From positions 248,001 to 312,000 of the forward strand of contig CDMY01000542.1 in NCBI GenBank assembly GCA_001179505.1: DNA of 64,000 nt, read 5' to 3'. Numbering within the stretch: the stretch's first letter is position 1; each line of letters begins with the position of its first letter. The notes beneath the pieces were generated by a model. It was not told the DNA's origin. It was given only the letters and a program-made list of their open reading frames with translations, and did no database searches. This document shows positions 63,866-64,000 of the stretch, in pieces. A program made the position numbers and the translations under genes. Source of the DNA: Vitrella brassicaformis CCMP3155 (taxonomy: Eukaryota > Protista > Chromerida).

Positions 63866-64000
63866 TCGATGTGATCGATGTGACGGATGGACGGATGGAT
63901 GTGGCTGCGTGGTTGGTGTGAGAGACATGGCTTGTGGTTTATGGTCAAGGCCGGCTCTGTGTGTGGCATGATCGCTTTCAATGTCCGCCTTCTGTCGTCA

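Noticed and set aside
1-64000. rRNA, tRNA or intact transposase/reverse-transcriptase genes
   Set aside because: No recognisable signatures were found by eye; a tRNAscan/Rfam/RepeatMasker run would be needed to exclude small ones.

Overview
Intron-rich eukaryotic nuclear DNA. The gene content and style point to an alveolate, most likely a chromerid such as Vitrella brassicaformis (inference): microsatellite-filled introns, bipartite leaders, C2-metacaspase, AlaX-TrpRS fusion and a Ser-less mitochondrial ACP. About 19 spliced genes were reconstructed by eye: a nucleoredoxin-like protein, an ankyrin-TRP channel, a C2/CUE metacaspase, an FG-GAP secreted protein, mitochondrial ACP, a glutaredoxin-like protein, phosphoglycolate phosphatase, ISCU, COX19, UTP15, glycogen debranching enzyme, AlaX-TrpRS, an RBR E3 ligase, SEM1 and several hypotheticals. 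They lie mostly in head-to-head pairs. A decaying accessory zone (~25.3-33.2 kb) holds a five-copy repeat, frameshifted gene relics and a divergent kinase preceded by a possible PD-type nuclease. There are three 300-N gaps, each flanked by G runs. The most notable signal is that many housekeeping-gene introns start with (CA)n and end with complementary (TG)n, suggesting RNA-structure-assisted splicing. No rRNA, tRNA or CRISPR was seen. All exon boundaries are manual estimates.
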